A stretch of 64,000 bases of DNA from Sporopachydermia quercuum (lineage: Eukaryota): positions 186,001 through 250,000 of the forward strand of contig BCGN01000006.1 of assembly GCA_001599295.1 (NCBI GenBank), given 5' to 3'. This document shows positions 34,557 through 46,135 of this stretch, in pieces (the stretch's first letter is position 1; every line of letters begins with the position of its first letter). Below the pieces are notes generated by a model. The model saw only the letters and a program-made list of their open reading frames with translations, made no database searches and had not been told where the DNA came from. Made by a program: the position numbers and the translations under genes.

Positions 34557-34855
34557 ATANTGCCTTCTTATCTGTTCTTTGACATGGCGTAATTACAAGA
34601 GAATGAGTAAATATCAGTACTATGAAACGGTACGTCTACCACGCAATCCAGAATTTCCACCTACTCCAAACTGGAACCGCATCAGTTCTGGTTGTGACAG
34701 ACAATGTGTAAGGTGTTGTGAAATAGATGATAGTGAAATTCACTAAGATCAAGTGCCTATCTATTATATGTAGCGTTGAAAGAATATTCTCAGCATAATA
34801 TTATAATACTTCGTGTTATTTGCAACTAATAAACCAGTGTTATTACTAAAATCTG

Positions 34856-35344
34856 GTATGTATGAAACATGTAGAGGTTGAACTGATGATGGTTTTCAAC
34901 AGAATGGAACAGAACTGTCATGATACACCAGTTCGGGATAATAGCAAATCAACATAGAACACTGGAGGCTGAACGATATCAAGTGAACATATTGTGCGTT
35001 GTAATCAAGAACTATCGAATTGATCTATGATAAAGCTGCATCAGTACTAGCTTGGAAGATGGATTATGGCATGTTTGGAGATATTAATTTTGACGTATTG
35101 AACTATTCCACTGTTCCTCGACACTTGTATAAAGCAAGCACCAGCACTTCAGAACAACCAGCAACCAAACTATTGTCTAAACAAATGTTCAATTTTCAGA
35201 AAAATTATTCAATCCACATTGTGTCAATATTCAAATATCAAGAACGAAAGGTTCTATTCGTTGATTAACCATATCATATCATACTTATTATCTTACTACG
35301 ATATGGACAATTATCCTTGGAGACAAAGTACTAACTAGTAATAG
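34856..35344 (+). other. Probable 5'-UTR intron of RPS29
   Basis: GTATGT at 34856, TACTAAC at 35329-35335, TAG ending 35344, 5 nt before the ATG. Alternative donor GTACGT near 34630. Confidence 0.6.
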
Positions 35345-35349
35345 CAAAA

Positions 35350-35588
35350 ATGGCTCACGAAAACGTTTGGTATTCTCACCCAAGAAAGTACGGTAAGGGT
35401 TCCCGTCAATGGTAAGTTCAAACTTTTCTTTGTTATATGTTTCTCACTATTTCAACAGAGTTCCTAACATATTTTTCAGCCGTATCACTGCCACCAAATC
35501 TGGTGTCATCAGAAAGTACGGAATTAACCTCGGAAGACAAGCTTTCCGTGAAAAGGCTTCCGATATTGGTTTTTATAAATACCGATAA
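35350..35588 (+). CDS. RPS29: 40S ribosomal protein uS14 (S29), 2 coding exons, 56 aa
   Basis: Exons 35350-35411 and 35480-35588; intron GTAAGT...TCCTAAC...CAG. [56 protein letters not shown]. Absent from the ORF track. Confidence 0.96.
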
Positions 35589-36113
35589 ATGCGTTATCAA
35601 GTGTATTTTTCATGGTGTGTTTACTATATGGATGTTCATTCAGCACGCTCATGTAGCGGATCTGTCTCTATACAAGATGTTATCAAATTCTATATAGTCA
35701 AATGTTATTAATATAAGATGAATATTTGTTACTAATGTTTTCACTCTTGTAAAAAGGCTACGGGAGAAGCTGATACCAATAATTTTATTGCATGTGCTCC
35801 TTCCTATTCATGTTTGAATATTGAGGCAAACACCACATTAGCAACGCCATTAGTTCCAATCCCTTAATTGTTACTAGNTAGCTGTAACTATTATGTTCTT
35901 ACAGCTAGAAAGCTACTTCTGATTCTGATTTATGCCCAACTGCAACGTTACTTGCCATACCTTAACATGTCCATAATTATAGACAGTACTTCCCACCAAA
36001 TCTGTTTACCAATACAATACAGTAAGAACTGGAAATTATACAATAGCTGATAGATACAAATGAAACCATGCTAATAATTATATCTTTATACAATTCCTAT
36101 TCATATTGACTGT

Positions 36114-36557
36114 TTAACAAGCATCAGGTTGAGAGGCTATGTAGTCGATAGCTTCACCAACAGTGGTGATGGCATCAGCTTCTTCGTCCGGAATTTCAAT
36201 TGTGAATTCTTCTTCAATAGCCATAATTACCTCAACAACATCTAATGAATCTAATCCAAGATCAGTGGTGAATGAAGCTTCCGTTGTGATTTTAGAAGTA
36301 TCAGCAATCTTATCAAAATCTTCCAATAGTTCNATAATTCTTGTTTTTATAAGTTCCTTAGTTAACTCTGGTGCTGCTGAATAACTTCGTCTAGTTTGAA
36401 AAACGTTATTAAAAGTAGTTCTAGGGAAAGTAACAACATTACTAGAGGTTGCGGCAACTCTGAAGCTGTTCTGCGTTAGAGTTTTTCTGATTTGAGTAGG
36501 CAATATTGTCCTTGTTAATTGTGAACGCATAGCTTTGGTGAAATTTGATCGCATCAT
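36114..36557 (-). CDS. ACP1: Mitochondrial acyl carrier protein
   Basis: Arg/Thr-rich presequence; [25 protein letters not shown]. Confidence 0.95.
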   Translation of the reverse strand: MMRSNFTKAMRSQLTRTILPTQIRKTLTQNSFRVAATSSNVVTFPRTTFNNVFQTRRSYSAAPELTKELIKTRIXELLEDFDKIADTSKITTEASFTTDLGLDSLDVVEVIMAIEEEFTIEIPDEEADAITTVGEAIDYIASQPDAC

Positions 36558-37245
36558 TTTGGAAAAATTGTATGACTATATATTGATGTTGATATGAATG
36601 AAGTAGGTTTCGTCAGCAGTGCTGGATATTGTTTTAGTGTAGATAGTCTGATAGTAATAGCCTAAGATCAACTCTGGGCAGCCGTTATGCTTATATGCCT
36701 GTTGTAAGAATGCAATGACAATTAGATTATGAGTAATCTAATTTCTGATATGAATATATAAATATACAATCAAACAAAGTGCAACGTGTTCTTGATAGTG
36801 AGTGTGATTCTACAAAACATTAGTTCAAAATAAATTGAGAGCAAACTATGGTCATAATAGATTGGTAATAAATGTTCATATTTCTCGTAGAGTACTATTG
36901 TTTATTGTGAGTGAAAAGATGTTGACTTAATGAATGAAAAGGCCATCCAATTAGAGCTTGAAGAATTTAAGGAGATTTGAAGTCTCCTTACGCAGTGAAT
37001 ATTCTGGGATGAGACATGATAGTGGTCCCTTTTAAAGTACGGAAATTATGTAGGCAGACGAACTCCGAAATTTCGATACATTTCATTAAGGACATGAAGG
37101 TCTATATATACTAATCAAGTAACTTAATTATTGAGTACGATATCACAAGATCTGTGGATTCATATAATAAGTAATCGTTCTGATAAGAGTGGTAGATTTT
37201 TATGAAAAAACTAGAATGTAGTTAGTTCCAACTTCATACTATCTA

Positions 37246-39225
37246 TTATGACATTCTATAGAATACTTCTTTCTCTAGTTCATGAAGAGCTGATGTGTAT
37301 AACGACTTATCCTTGTCGGTAAGAGCCTTTGATAGTTCGAAGTTTTCTACACGCGCTGAATCACTAATTCTACTTCTCAACTTTCTAAACCACTTTCTTT
37401 CACCGGCTCCAACTGCAAAATTATATGCAGAACCTTCTTTACCTGCTCTGGCTGTTCTACCAACACGGTGAACATATTCTCTAGCACCGATTGGTAGATC
37501 ATAATTGGTCACACATGTCAAATTATTCACATCTACACCTCTAGCTATCAAATCAGTACAAATAATTACATCCCAGGCATTATTTTCGTCCATATCCTTA
37601 AGGATTTTGTGTCTTTGATGCTGCGATATCGTGGAGGTTATAGATGTAATTCTTAGTCTGTTGCTTCTAGGAATATCAGATTGTTCTTCTAAAAGTTGCA
37701 GTAATCTAGAGAGTCTTAGTGCTGAGTCGTTTGATTTCGTAAAAACAATAGTTTTCTGAATATTTCCCAGATCATTATGCAATAAGCTCCATAGTAATAA
37801 TGGTTTTATAGATGAACTATCAAGAGATAATGGAATAAACTTCTCAGAAAGAGTAGATGGAACTGAGAACTCTGTTGATTCATCATTTTTACCATCTTCA
37901 TCAGATGCATTATCAATACTTTCTGGTAAAAAGATTTGTGGTTCATATAGCTTCAAATTAGTAAGCTTACCGACATCACTTGTAAGAGTAGCTGACATCA
38001 TCACCTTATGAACCCGCGTTGACCACTTATCAAACATCTTCTTGTTTGTCCCATGAGCATTATCAATAGCTTTAATTAAAACCTTGACCCAATCTTGAAA
38101 GCTTTGTCCCAAAAGTCTATCACCTTCATCAATTACTAGAAACTGAAGGTCATTTAATCCAATCCCACCGTTACTCGAAATTAAGTCAACCAGTCTACCA
38201 GGCGTACTTATAAGTATATCGGGCACATTAGTTTCCAGTTGTTTCTGTTCTAAATGTAAACTTTGCTCTGGCTTCACACGCATGACCTTCAGTTTAGTAC
38301 CTTTGGATAGTTGATCTATGACAGTTCTCACCTGACTGACCAATGGCTTTGTTGGAACTACTATTATGGCTCTTAGCCTCGACACAGTACGATTCTTCAA
38401 GGCTGATACTAAAGGCAACGAATAAGCAAGAGTTTTTCCGGAGCCAGTAGGTGATCCAACAAGTATATCTGGTTGTGAATCTGGCCTTGTCTGTAATGAC
38501 TTATAGCACTGCGAAATCAAAGGTATTACTGCTACTTGAACAGCGAAAGCCTCCGTTATGCTAGCTTCTTTCAGATTTCTCTGTATAATTTCATGTAAAT
38601 GCAATTCTTCAATGGGAATTTTCACAGATGGGTCAAATAATTGGATCTCACCAATCCACGATAGTGCTGATTTTCCACTAGGTTTCACGCGCTGTAGATA
38701 TTCGTTTTTTGGTTGTGGTAAAGGAGCTAAAGGCTTGAGCTCAACATGCTCTTCAAGTTCAGATGGGTTTTCATTCTCGGTTGATTGAATTACGGAATTG
38801 TCATTTTTGACTGACGACTGAAATCTTGCCATTATATGAGCATACTTACTATTAATAGGTAAGTCATCCAATACATTATTTTCATCTTTGATAATAANTG
38901 ATTTCTCGTCCGACTCTCTTTCCGATTCTGATCCTAAATCAGAGTCTGACTCTGATTCCGAGTCAGACTCTGAGCTATTTGATTCACTTGATTCCCTTGA
39001 AGATGTCTGATCCTCCACATCATCACTCTCTTCCTTTGCTTCCTCTTTCTTACTGCTGTCAGTGCCATTTTTCTCAAAATGTTCTGTCCTTTTCTTATTC
39101 TCCTTATCCTTCCTTTCACCATTCACGACACTATCAGTTTCCATTGAATCCCCATTTTGCTCAAACTTCAGTCTCTTGCGACTAGTGCCTTCTTCCTCTA
39201 ATGGATCAAATCTCACTCCAAACAT
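37246..39225 (-). CDS. DBP6: DEAD-box RNA helicase Dbp6 (DDX51)
   Basis: MFGVRFDP start, acidic N-terminus, FAVQ, SPTGSGKT, PTKPL, TPGRL, DEGD, SAT, ARGVD, YVHRVGRTARAG. Confidence 0.92.
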   Translation of the reverse strand: MFGVRFDPLEEEGTSRKRLKFEQNGDSMETDSVVNGERKDKENKKRTEHFEKNGTDSSKKEEAKEESDDVEDQTSSRESSESNSSESDSESESDSDLGSESERESDEKSXIIKDENNVLDDLPINSKYAHIMARFQSSVKNDNSVIQSTENENPSELEEHVELKPLAPLPQPKNEYLQRVKPSGKSALSWIGEIQLFDPSVKIPIEELHLHEIIQRNLKEASITEAFAVQVAVIPLISQCYKSLQTRPDSQPDILVGSPTGSGKTLAYSLPLVSALKNRTVSRLRAIIVVPTKPLVSQVRTVIDQLSKGTKLKVMRVKPEQSLHLEQKQLETNVPDILISTPGRLVDLISSNGGIGLNDLQFLVIDEGDRLLGQSFQDWVKVLIKAIDNAHGTNKKMFDKWSTRVHKVMMSATLTSDVGKLTNLKLYEPQIFLPESIDNASDEDGKNDESTEFSVPSTLSEKFIPLSLDSSSIKPLLLWSLLHNDLGNIQKTIVFTKSNDSALRLSRLLQLLEEQSDIPRSNRLRITSITSTISQHQRHKILKDMDENNAWDVIICTDLIARGVDVNNLTCVTNYDLPIGAREYVHRVGRTARAGKEGSAYNFAVGAGERKWFRKLRSRISDSARVENFELSKALTDKDKSLYTSALHELEKEVFYRMS

Positions 39226-39840
39226 ATCGGGGACTTATGATAGTCTAATTTTCTTCAAAACTTCAGATTTACCCTTACTATACCTCCTGAACTTCAACTT
39301 TCCGCTATAAAACAATACATTCACTCTCCAGAAATTGATACAATCGCTAGCTAGTGCATGTCCTACAAGCCTATTTATTACTCTGGCTTATTATGCTCAC
39401 AACATAAATAATTCATTCCCCATAATAAATATATTTTCATGGCTGTTACTCGTTTAGGAAAAGATAGATTCCGGGTAATAGTCAGTATGAGTTAAACCTT
39501 ATTTTTAAGGTGAAAATGACTTTTTTGGCTTTTGTTCAAGTTTCATCACAGATGTAAATATGCTATGCTTGGTAAGTGGGACATTTGATGATTCGATAAG
39601 AATATGACAGACGAATGGATTGCTGTATGGAAAGATAACAGGAAGCGTAAACGGAACGATATTGCTCAAACNTACAGGAGCTGCTGATAGTTTGTTTCAA
39701 AGAAAGAAAGAGCAAGATAAAAGAGCTTGTTCTTTTGCTTTTGAATATTGAATTGATTGGACTTGGATCTGATTGACTGCTCTGTTAAAGGGATAGAAGA
39801 AGAAAGAATCAGAGTAGATATATATATCCTTTGATTCAAA

Positions 39841-40685
39841 ATGCGTGCATCATTGGCTATGCTTGGAAGGGCGAAATGGAAGGGTAAGCATTGGTTTTTG
39901 ATTTTCATACAATCGAAGTTGTTTTTTTTTGTTTTTTTTGAGAGAATCATCACTGGTGGACAGTAGATAGATTGGGAGCAGTTAGTTGAGGATGGAATCA
40001 GGTTTAGTTAGTTATAAGCAACAATATGTTCTGAAGACATATGCAACTTAGAATGAATAGTCAAAGACTAGAGGGGACATTTCAGCATTGACTAATAATG
40101 CGATGAAGTGAAGAGAAAAGGATTTTATGGATACAACAATGTGCAATATAATGCGATAGAATATATACTGGAGTGAGATAGTCCTCTGTCAAATTCTTCT
40201 CTACAAAAGGAGCTTTATAAACAGAGATACTCACGAAGCTGATTATATGAGAAATCTTAAAGTTCGGCTTCCAAGTTTCTTATCTACTAGTCGCTATGTA
40301 AAACATATCTTCTGATTTCTCCTCTCATGGAAGTACAACTGATTATACAATTCCTCACCATGTTATTATCTCCATCAGTTACACTTAATACTTAATAGTT
40401 ACTATTGATAGTTACTAACAATCTTTAGGTCCTTTCGTTGTACCATTACCTATTCAAGAAGCCAGAAAAACCGGAGCTCCTATTAGAACAATGGCTAGAT
40501 CATGTACAATTTTGCCTGCTTTTATTGGTCTGAAATTTGAAGTTCATAATGGAAGATATTACATGCCAGTAACTATCACCGAAGATATGATTGGTCATAA
40601 GCTTGGCGAGTTTGCTCACACAAGAAAGTTATTTAGATACACGCAACAAGGTAAAACAAAACGTATGAACAAGCTAAAGACTTAA
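39841..40685 (+). CDS. RSM19: Mitochondrial ribosomal protein uS19m, 2 exons, 99 aa
   Basis: Exon 1 39841-39883 ([15 protein letters not shown]); intron 39884-40428 GTAAGC...TACTAAC...TAG; exon 2 40429-40685 (PFVVPLPI...[20 protein letters not shown]...[10 protein letters not shown]). Confidence 0.9.
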
Positions 40686-41155
40686 AGAGACCTGACTTGA
40701 AATTACGTTTTCATGTACATATATTATAAGTGGTTTCATCGTTAGTTATTGTTTATTATTTCGTATCCACATTAAATGAATTAGAACACAGGTTGAGAGT
40801 TAAATAGTTCATTCACGTCGTTTAGTGTTGTAAGTGTAGGAAACTAAATGTAAGAGAGTAAACGATGTTTGCTTATAGAAAGTGGTTATAAGGGGCTTAA
40901 CGGTATTCACAATGATGCATAAGTTGAATGAGAGTCAGTCAGAAATCATAAAGTAACAAATATGATTACTTGGGGGATTCCTTTTTGATTCTTCATGTAG
41001 GTGCATACTATTGTTGTTGTTATAGTTTGGTTGCTTGTTGATGCCAGCATTCAACAAAACTATGGCTTTCACTTTCTTATGCATCCAGCAAAAAGAAAAT
41101 TGATTTTGCACCAAGTCACCTTTATTTCATCTTATCTCTTGGGAATATCTGCCAC

Positions 41156-42460
41156 CTATTGTCTCCTGAACCTATCAACAGCATCTCGTAACTTCACTTC
41201 TCTCAATTCACCAGTTCTATCCGCTATTGGCCACCTACCCCAACCTCCCAATCGTATAACTAAGCATGTGGCATTATCATCTCCTCCTACAGCTTCTATA
41301 AACTTGATTACTTCAAGAGCCGTATCATGGGGTGTTGCATTTCCAGTGAAATTAACTTTNGCCATCACTAAATCAACAATCTCTTGATCAGTAGCATAAT
41401 TGCTTACCCCATCACTAACCATTACCAAGAAACATTCGTCACCGCCCATTTCTCCTATTGTATCGTCGAGTTTTACACTTTCTACGCCATTTTTACCTAT
41501 ATTCTTCTTGATTTCGTTGAAATCTCCTATGGTGTACGATAGAATATCTGGTTCTGCAGAGACACCTTTTGACTTCATTTGAAGGTCACCAAAGGATCTA
41601 GTGTTAGCAAAAGCGCCAAATCTTTCTTCTCCAAACGAATCAGTGAAAAAAGATGTGGCATATCTACTTAGTCTAGTAGCTTCAATAGGTGAACTGGGAT
41701 GATGATTAGATGTCAGTGGGTGTGCTGTGCCTGTTCTGTCGCATACTATACAGCGAGTATCTCCAACATGAGATATATACAATCTTGAGATCGTACGAGC
41801 ATCCCAATAGAATTTGCCTTGCTGAGCATATGAATCCAATGTATATATGTAAGCTGAAGTACATGTTGATCCTGACATTCTATGAGTAGTTGTGAAATCA
41901 TAATCAGCTGAGAGGAATGCTATTGGGAGTCTCAAGTATAAATCATCATAATCAGTCATTTTAGAAATATATGAATCGAAATGTACACTCCTATTTCGAT
42001 TCCATAGTTTCCAATAACCTCCAATGTTTGAAGCATACTTTTCGCTTAGAGAATCTCGGAATTCGTAGTCCGTCGGTGTAGTTTCAACGTATGTTCCTAA
42101 TTCTCTTGCTAGAAAGTCAGAACATGCATCACCACCATGACCGTCAAATATAGAAAAATTAAAGACTTGCCGCGTAGTATTACCTGATGATTTAGCCAAT
42201 GAGGATTTCGCTGGTAATTGCAGCACGCAAGCAGAATACCTATCTTCATTGTAAGGGCGATCAACTCTCGAAGTCGAGTGACCGAAGTGTGATGGAGCTT
42301 TCAAAAGAGGAACACTTACATGAAAATCCTTATGATTAGGCACTGGTAATGATATTCTAGTAGAAACTCTTCTGATTTGTTGGCCCATAAAGTGTGGAAT
42401 AAATCTATTAGGAAATGCCCACCAGATTTGATGCTTATATGTGCAAGATATCATTTTCAT
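41156..42460 (-). CDS. PTC6: Mitochondrial PP2C phosphatase Ptc6
   Basis: GHSTSRVDRPYNEDRY, FDGHGG, HVGDTR, ANTRSFGD, SDGV, GGDDNAT. Confidence 0.88.
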   Translation of the reverse strand: MKMISCTYKHQIWWAFPNRFIPHFMGQQIRRVSTRISLPVPNHKDFHVSVPLLKAPSHFGHSTSRVDRPYNEDRYSACVLQLPAKSSLAKSSGNTTRQVFNFSIFDGHGGDACSDFLARELGTYVETTPTDYEFRDSLSEKYASNIGGYWKLWNRNRSVHFDSYISKMTDYDDLYLRLPIAFLSADYDFTTTHRMSGSTCTSAYIYTLDSYAQQGKFYWDARTISRLYISHVGDTRCIVCDRTGTAHPLTSNHHPSSPIEATRLSRYATSFFTDSFGEERFGAFANTRSFGDLQMKSKGVSAEPDILSYTIGDFNEIKKNIGKNGVESVKLDDTIGEMGGDECFLVMVSDGVSNYATDQEIVDLVMXKVNFTGNATPHDTALEVIKFIEAVGGDDNATCLVIRLGGWGRWPIADRTGELREVKLRDAVDRFRRQ

Positions 42461-45340
42461 GTGAATATGGTAATGCGGTTAATAGATGCTGTTGCTGTTT
42501 GTTATTTTGCTACCTTTGCATATTGGTGTAATATTATTATCACTGAACGTATGGTAGGTATGATTATGTTGTGTAACGAATAGCAGTATAGTAGAATACT
42601 ATGAAACAGATGAGTGATGAGTGTGCTGCGTCTATGTCAATGTCAACATCAATGTCAGGTCATTACTCGATATATTCTACTGCTTTTCCAGAAAAACCAT
42701 TAATTGCTTTTAGTCGTTCTATATCATGAGCCAAAAAAGTCTCTCTTTGAGATATTCTAATTTATCGCTATTCTATTGTTCTGCTCTGCTTCTGTCGGTC
42801 ACCTCGTTTTGTTCTATGGATCGTAAATGGATTGATAGAACTTAAATATAAAGATTTACAGCAAGGATAAATGTATCAGTTAGTGCATCAAAAGTATTGA
42901 TGCCACCAATTGTTTACATAGTATTCTATAATTACAAACAATCGCTAGATTCAACATATGGAACTGCTATAAATCAAAGATAATCATTGATGCACATTGA
43001 ATCATCTCAGGCGCTGATTGCATAAAGTTTGGAAACAAATAACCGATATGGCACTGTCCCATAACAGGGAAAATTATAGTAGATGATTGTGAGTTGAGAT
43101 ATGAAGTGTTTGTTGATACCTGTTCCAAAAACTGAATGAAGAGCGGTATGTAACATGGGACGTTAAATTGGAAAGAGTGAGTTTCGTTGAAGCCATATTG
43201 CCGGTAATCGATTTGACTAAATTAAATTATAGAAAGGTTGTTGAAGATATAAGGAAATTATTGGTAGATATTAAATATTTCTTACCGTTTTATAAAGAAT
43301 AGTGTATTTTGGAAAGTAGAATGACCTTATCTTGATGAAAGAAACAATAGTCAGAATGTTCCGATGTTTAGGTGTTGCATTGACATGATGAAGATGTGAT
43401 TTGGTTCGGAATAAAGAAAAGGAGAAAAACTGTTGATTTTATTTGTACTTCATTTTCAAGTTCTATTTCAAGAACAATTACCCTTTTCTATAGAGTTGTT
43501 CCATNGATGTTCATTTTGACGTATGCTTCCCTTCTTTCTGTATTGGGTCCAATATCTGGTATAAGAGTTGAAACATTATCCATCAGCATCTAGAACGTCA
43601 AGTATCTTTTGACTTGAAATTCACAGGTTGTTACTTATTTTTATTTTGATTGGGCCTTAGATTCCCAACTGAGTATTTNACTGAATACGCATTGTATTAC
43701 TTAGTGTATAGCAAAAAGCAAAACATTAATTTAACTTAATCTCGCATGGAATGATTCTAGGCAAATAACATGGCACATCTACTGTTCAAATTTTCACCTA
43801 AGTTCAGTTTCAAAGTTCATCCAATTTCAATTTTCTCTCTCGATCATGATTATCAAGAACTTCAAAAAACATTGCACCAAAATACTAAAAATAGTTATGG
43901 ATATTTTTATCTACAAGTTGCTCATTGCAACCTTATACTAAACCTTTATTTCAAGCTTATTCTCTATATAGAGTTTTGAAGANTCAGTTTCTTATGCTGA
44001 AGCAAAATATGGCAATATGAAGCTAGGTTGGTTCAATGAATTTAGCTCGTTTAACTTTGAGTACAGATCTAAGATCTCCAAAATGATTATTAAACTTTCT
44101 ATTTTTCTCGGAGCCAATAGTTTAGATTTGTTTTGCTTTTCTAAGCCCTCTTATTTTCGTATTAATGTTTAGCCGTTTAGGAATATAAGGAGCCACCGAG
44201 CAATTCAGTGCTCACTTTANCATCCGTCGGAGATAAATATTAATTAGCGTTTGAAAACTAAGGTTTGTTTTTATTTTGACTCCAGAAGTTAAACTTACTC
44301 ACGGCTAAAGTTCAATGAACAATTGTTGGGAGTGATAGTTCTTGAAATTTTCATGATGATTTTGATGATTTTCAGCCTCAAATTCTATGAAATTATGTTT
44401 TCTATATCATGAAGCTAATTCTAAGCTGCTTGCTGAATCACTTGAAATTTATATAATGCAAATAACTAATGGCATAGCAGCAAAATAAATAAGATCAAGC
44501 TTGTCTCCCTATGGAAAGTACTATGTCAACCAAGGTTTGGATAGAACTTCTCTGCGTTTATGTGTGTCTTAAAAGTGGTCCCTTAGTTATTATTTTCGTT
44601 CTTATTGATAATTGATCTCTTTGGGCCAATTTCATATAAACCAAATTAGCATTTCTCTTGCCGCTTCCGTAATCCGAATCTCATTTAAAAAAANAATGTA
44701 ACTTAAAAAAGAAGCTCTTAACTGTAATTTGATTTTCCATCTTGATTATTAGGGTAAAACTTAATTGATAGGAATTAATGTCCTGATATATCGTTTCCAT
44801 ATCGTTTGTTTAGGTCATTATTACATTATGATTAACTATTTATTGAGAGATTAATAGGAAAGTATAATGTATTATTGCTTAATAAATAATAGGCAGTTTG
44901 ATAGTGTCACTGAGAAGATGAGTTTTAGGCTTTGAACACTGCTTTCTGTTGAAGAAACCCCTTCTCTAAGGAAGTACTACCCTTATGACTAACTACGTGA
45001 CACTGTCGTTCTTGAGATTGCAATATACTTTCCAATGTGTTTAAATCATATCCTATTACAGTTTGACGACCCGGTTGGCTAGCAAGAGACACTTNGATAA
45101 CCAGTTAGTCTGAAACTGATTGCATATACATACAGTTTTCTTACCTCCTCTCTGAGGTAGCATTTTCTACTCGGCAAATATGAACAAATCATTGATTAGA
45201 CGTTCTCTCCCAAGAAAATAGGAATTCAAATTACATTCTTTACTANATTAAATTATTATTTGGGACTTCGGAAATTTTCAAATTATGAAAAATTATAAAA
45301 ACAGGTACAAACCTTTCGCTTGACAGCCGTNTGTACGAGT

Positions 45341-46135
45341 TCATGAATCAGCATCTTGACCAGGGTTAGCTGTTTCGTAGTTGAGGAACTTAAGTAATTT
45401 GTAGAGAATGACAGAAAGTACTGACCCAATTATTGGGCCAACCCAGTAAATCCAATGATAATTGGGGAATGATGGAATAACAACACATGGTCCAAAACTT
45501 CTTGCAGGGTTTAAACCAGCTCCAGTGTAGTAAACGGCTTCCAAATGTCCAAGGAATAAAGAAAATCCAATAGCAAGAGGTGCAATGAACGTTCCTCTAT
45601 GCTTTTCAACAGCCATAAAGCAAACAGTAGTGCATAAAATTGCAGTTCCGAAAGCTTCGATCCATACGCCTCTTGATCTAGAACAGCCACCTCCTAGACC
45701 ATTAGCGAATGCAACTGGACCCGGAGTAATAGCACTAGCAGCTGCAGCTGCACAGATACCAGCTACAATTTGACAGACGAAAAACAGAACTGCTCTAATA
45801 GGTGGAATGGCNCCAATTAACGCCAATGTAAGTGTGACAGCTGGATTGAACAATCCACCAGAGACACGGAAAAAAATGAAAATGTTGACCATGACGGAGA
45901 AGCCAAATCCAAGGGCGATCATAATCAACTTACCAGGATCTGATTCATAGCCCAAACTTGCTGGTGCTTGATTAGCAATTTGAGCAATAACATATGCAAA
46001 ATAAAGGAACAAGAATGTTCCAACGAATTCACCGGTTGCTAAAACAATATAGTTTCTGAAGGTGTCAGACAACCCATATTTACGAGTGTAAGCAGTGGTT
46101 GCAGGGACAGGTATCCCGGTATCAACTCTAGCCAT
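45341..46135 (-). CDS. AQY1: Aquaporin (MIP family)
   Basis: [39 protein letters not shown]. First ATG at 46135. Confidence 0.93.
   Translation of the reverse strand: MARVDTGIPVPATTAYTRKYGLSDTFRNYIVLATGEFVGTFLFLYFAYVIAQIANQAPASLGYESDPGKLIMIALGFGFSVMVNIFIFFRVSGGLFNPAVTLTLALIXAIPPIRAVLFFVCQIVAGICAAAAASAITPGPVAFANGLGGGCSRSRGVWIEAFGTAILCTTVCFMAVEKHRGTFIAPLAIGFSLFLGHLEAVYYTGAGLNPARSFGPCVVIPSFPNYHWIYWVGPIIGSVLSVILYKLLKFLNYETANPGQDADS

Noticed and set aside
35437..35697. 86-aa ORF
   Set aside because: Off-frame overlap with the RPS29 intron and exon 2.
39572..39800. Possible 5'-UTR intron of RSM19 (GTAAGT)
   Set aside because: No convincing branch point and acceptor pair.
1..42460. PDH kinase and Ptc6 phosphatase as a functional cluster
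   Set aside because: 40 kb and many unrelated genes apart.
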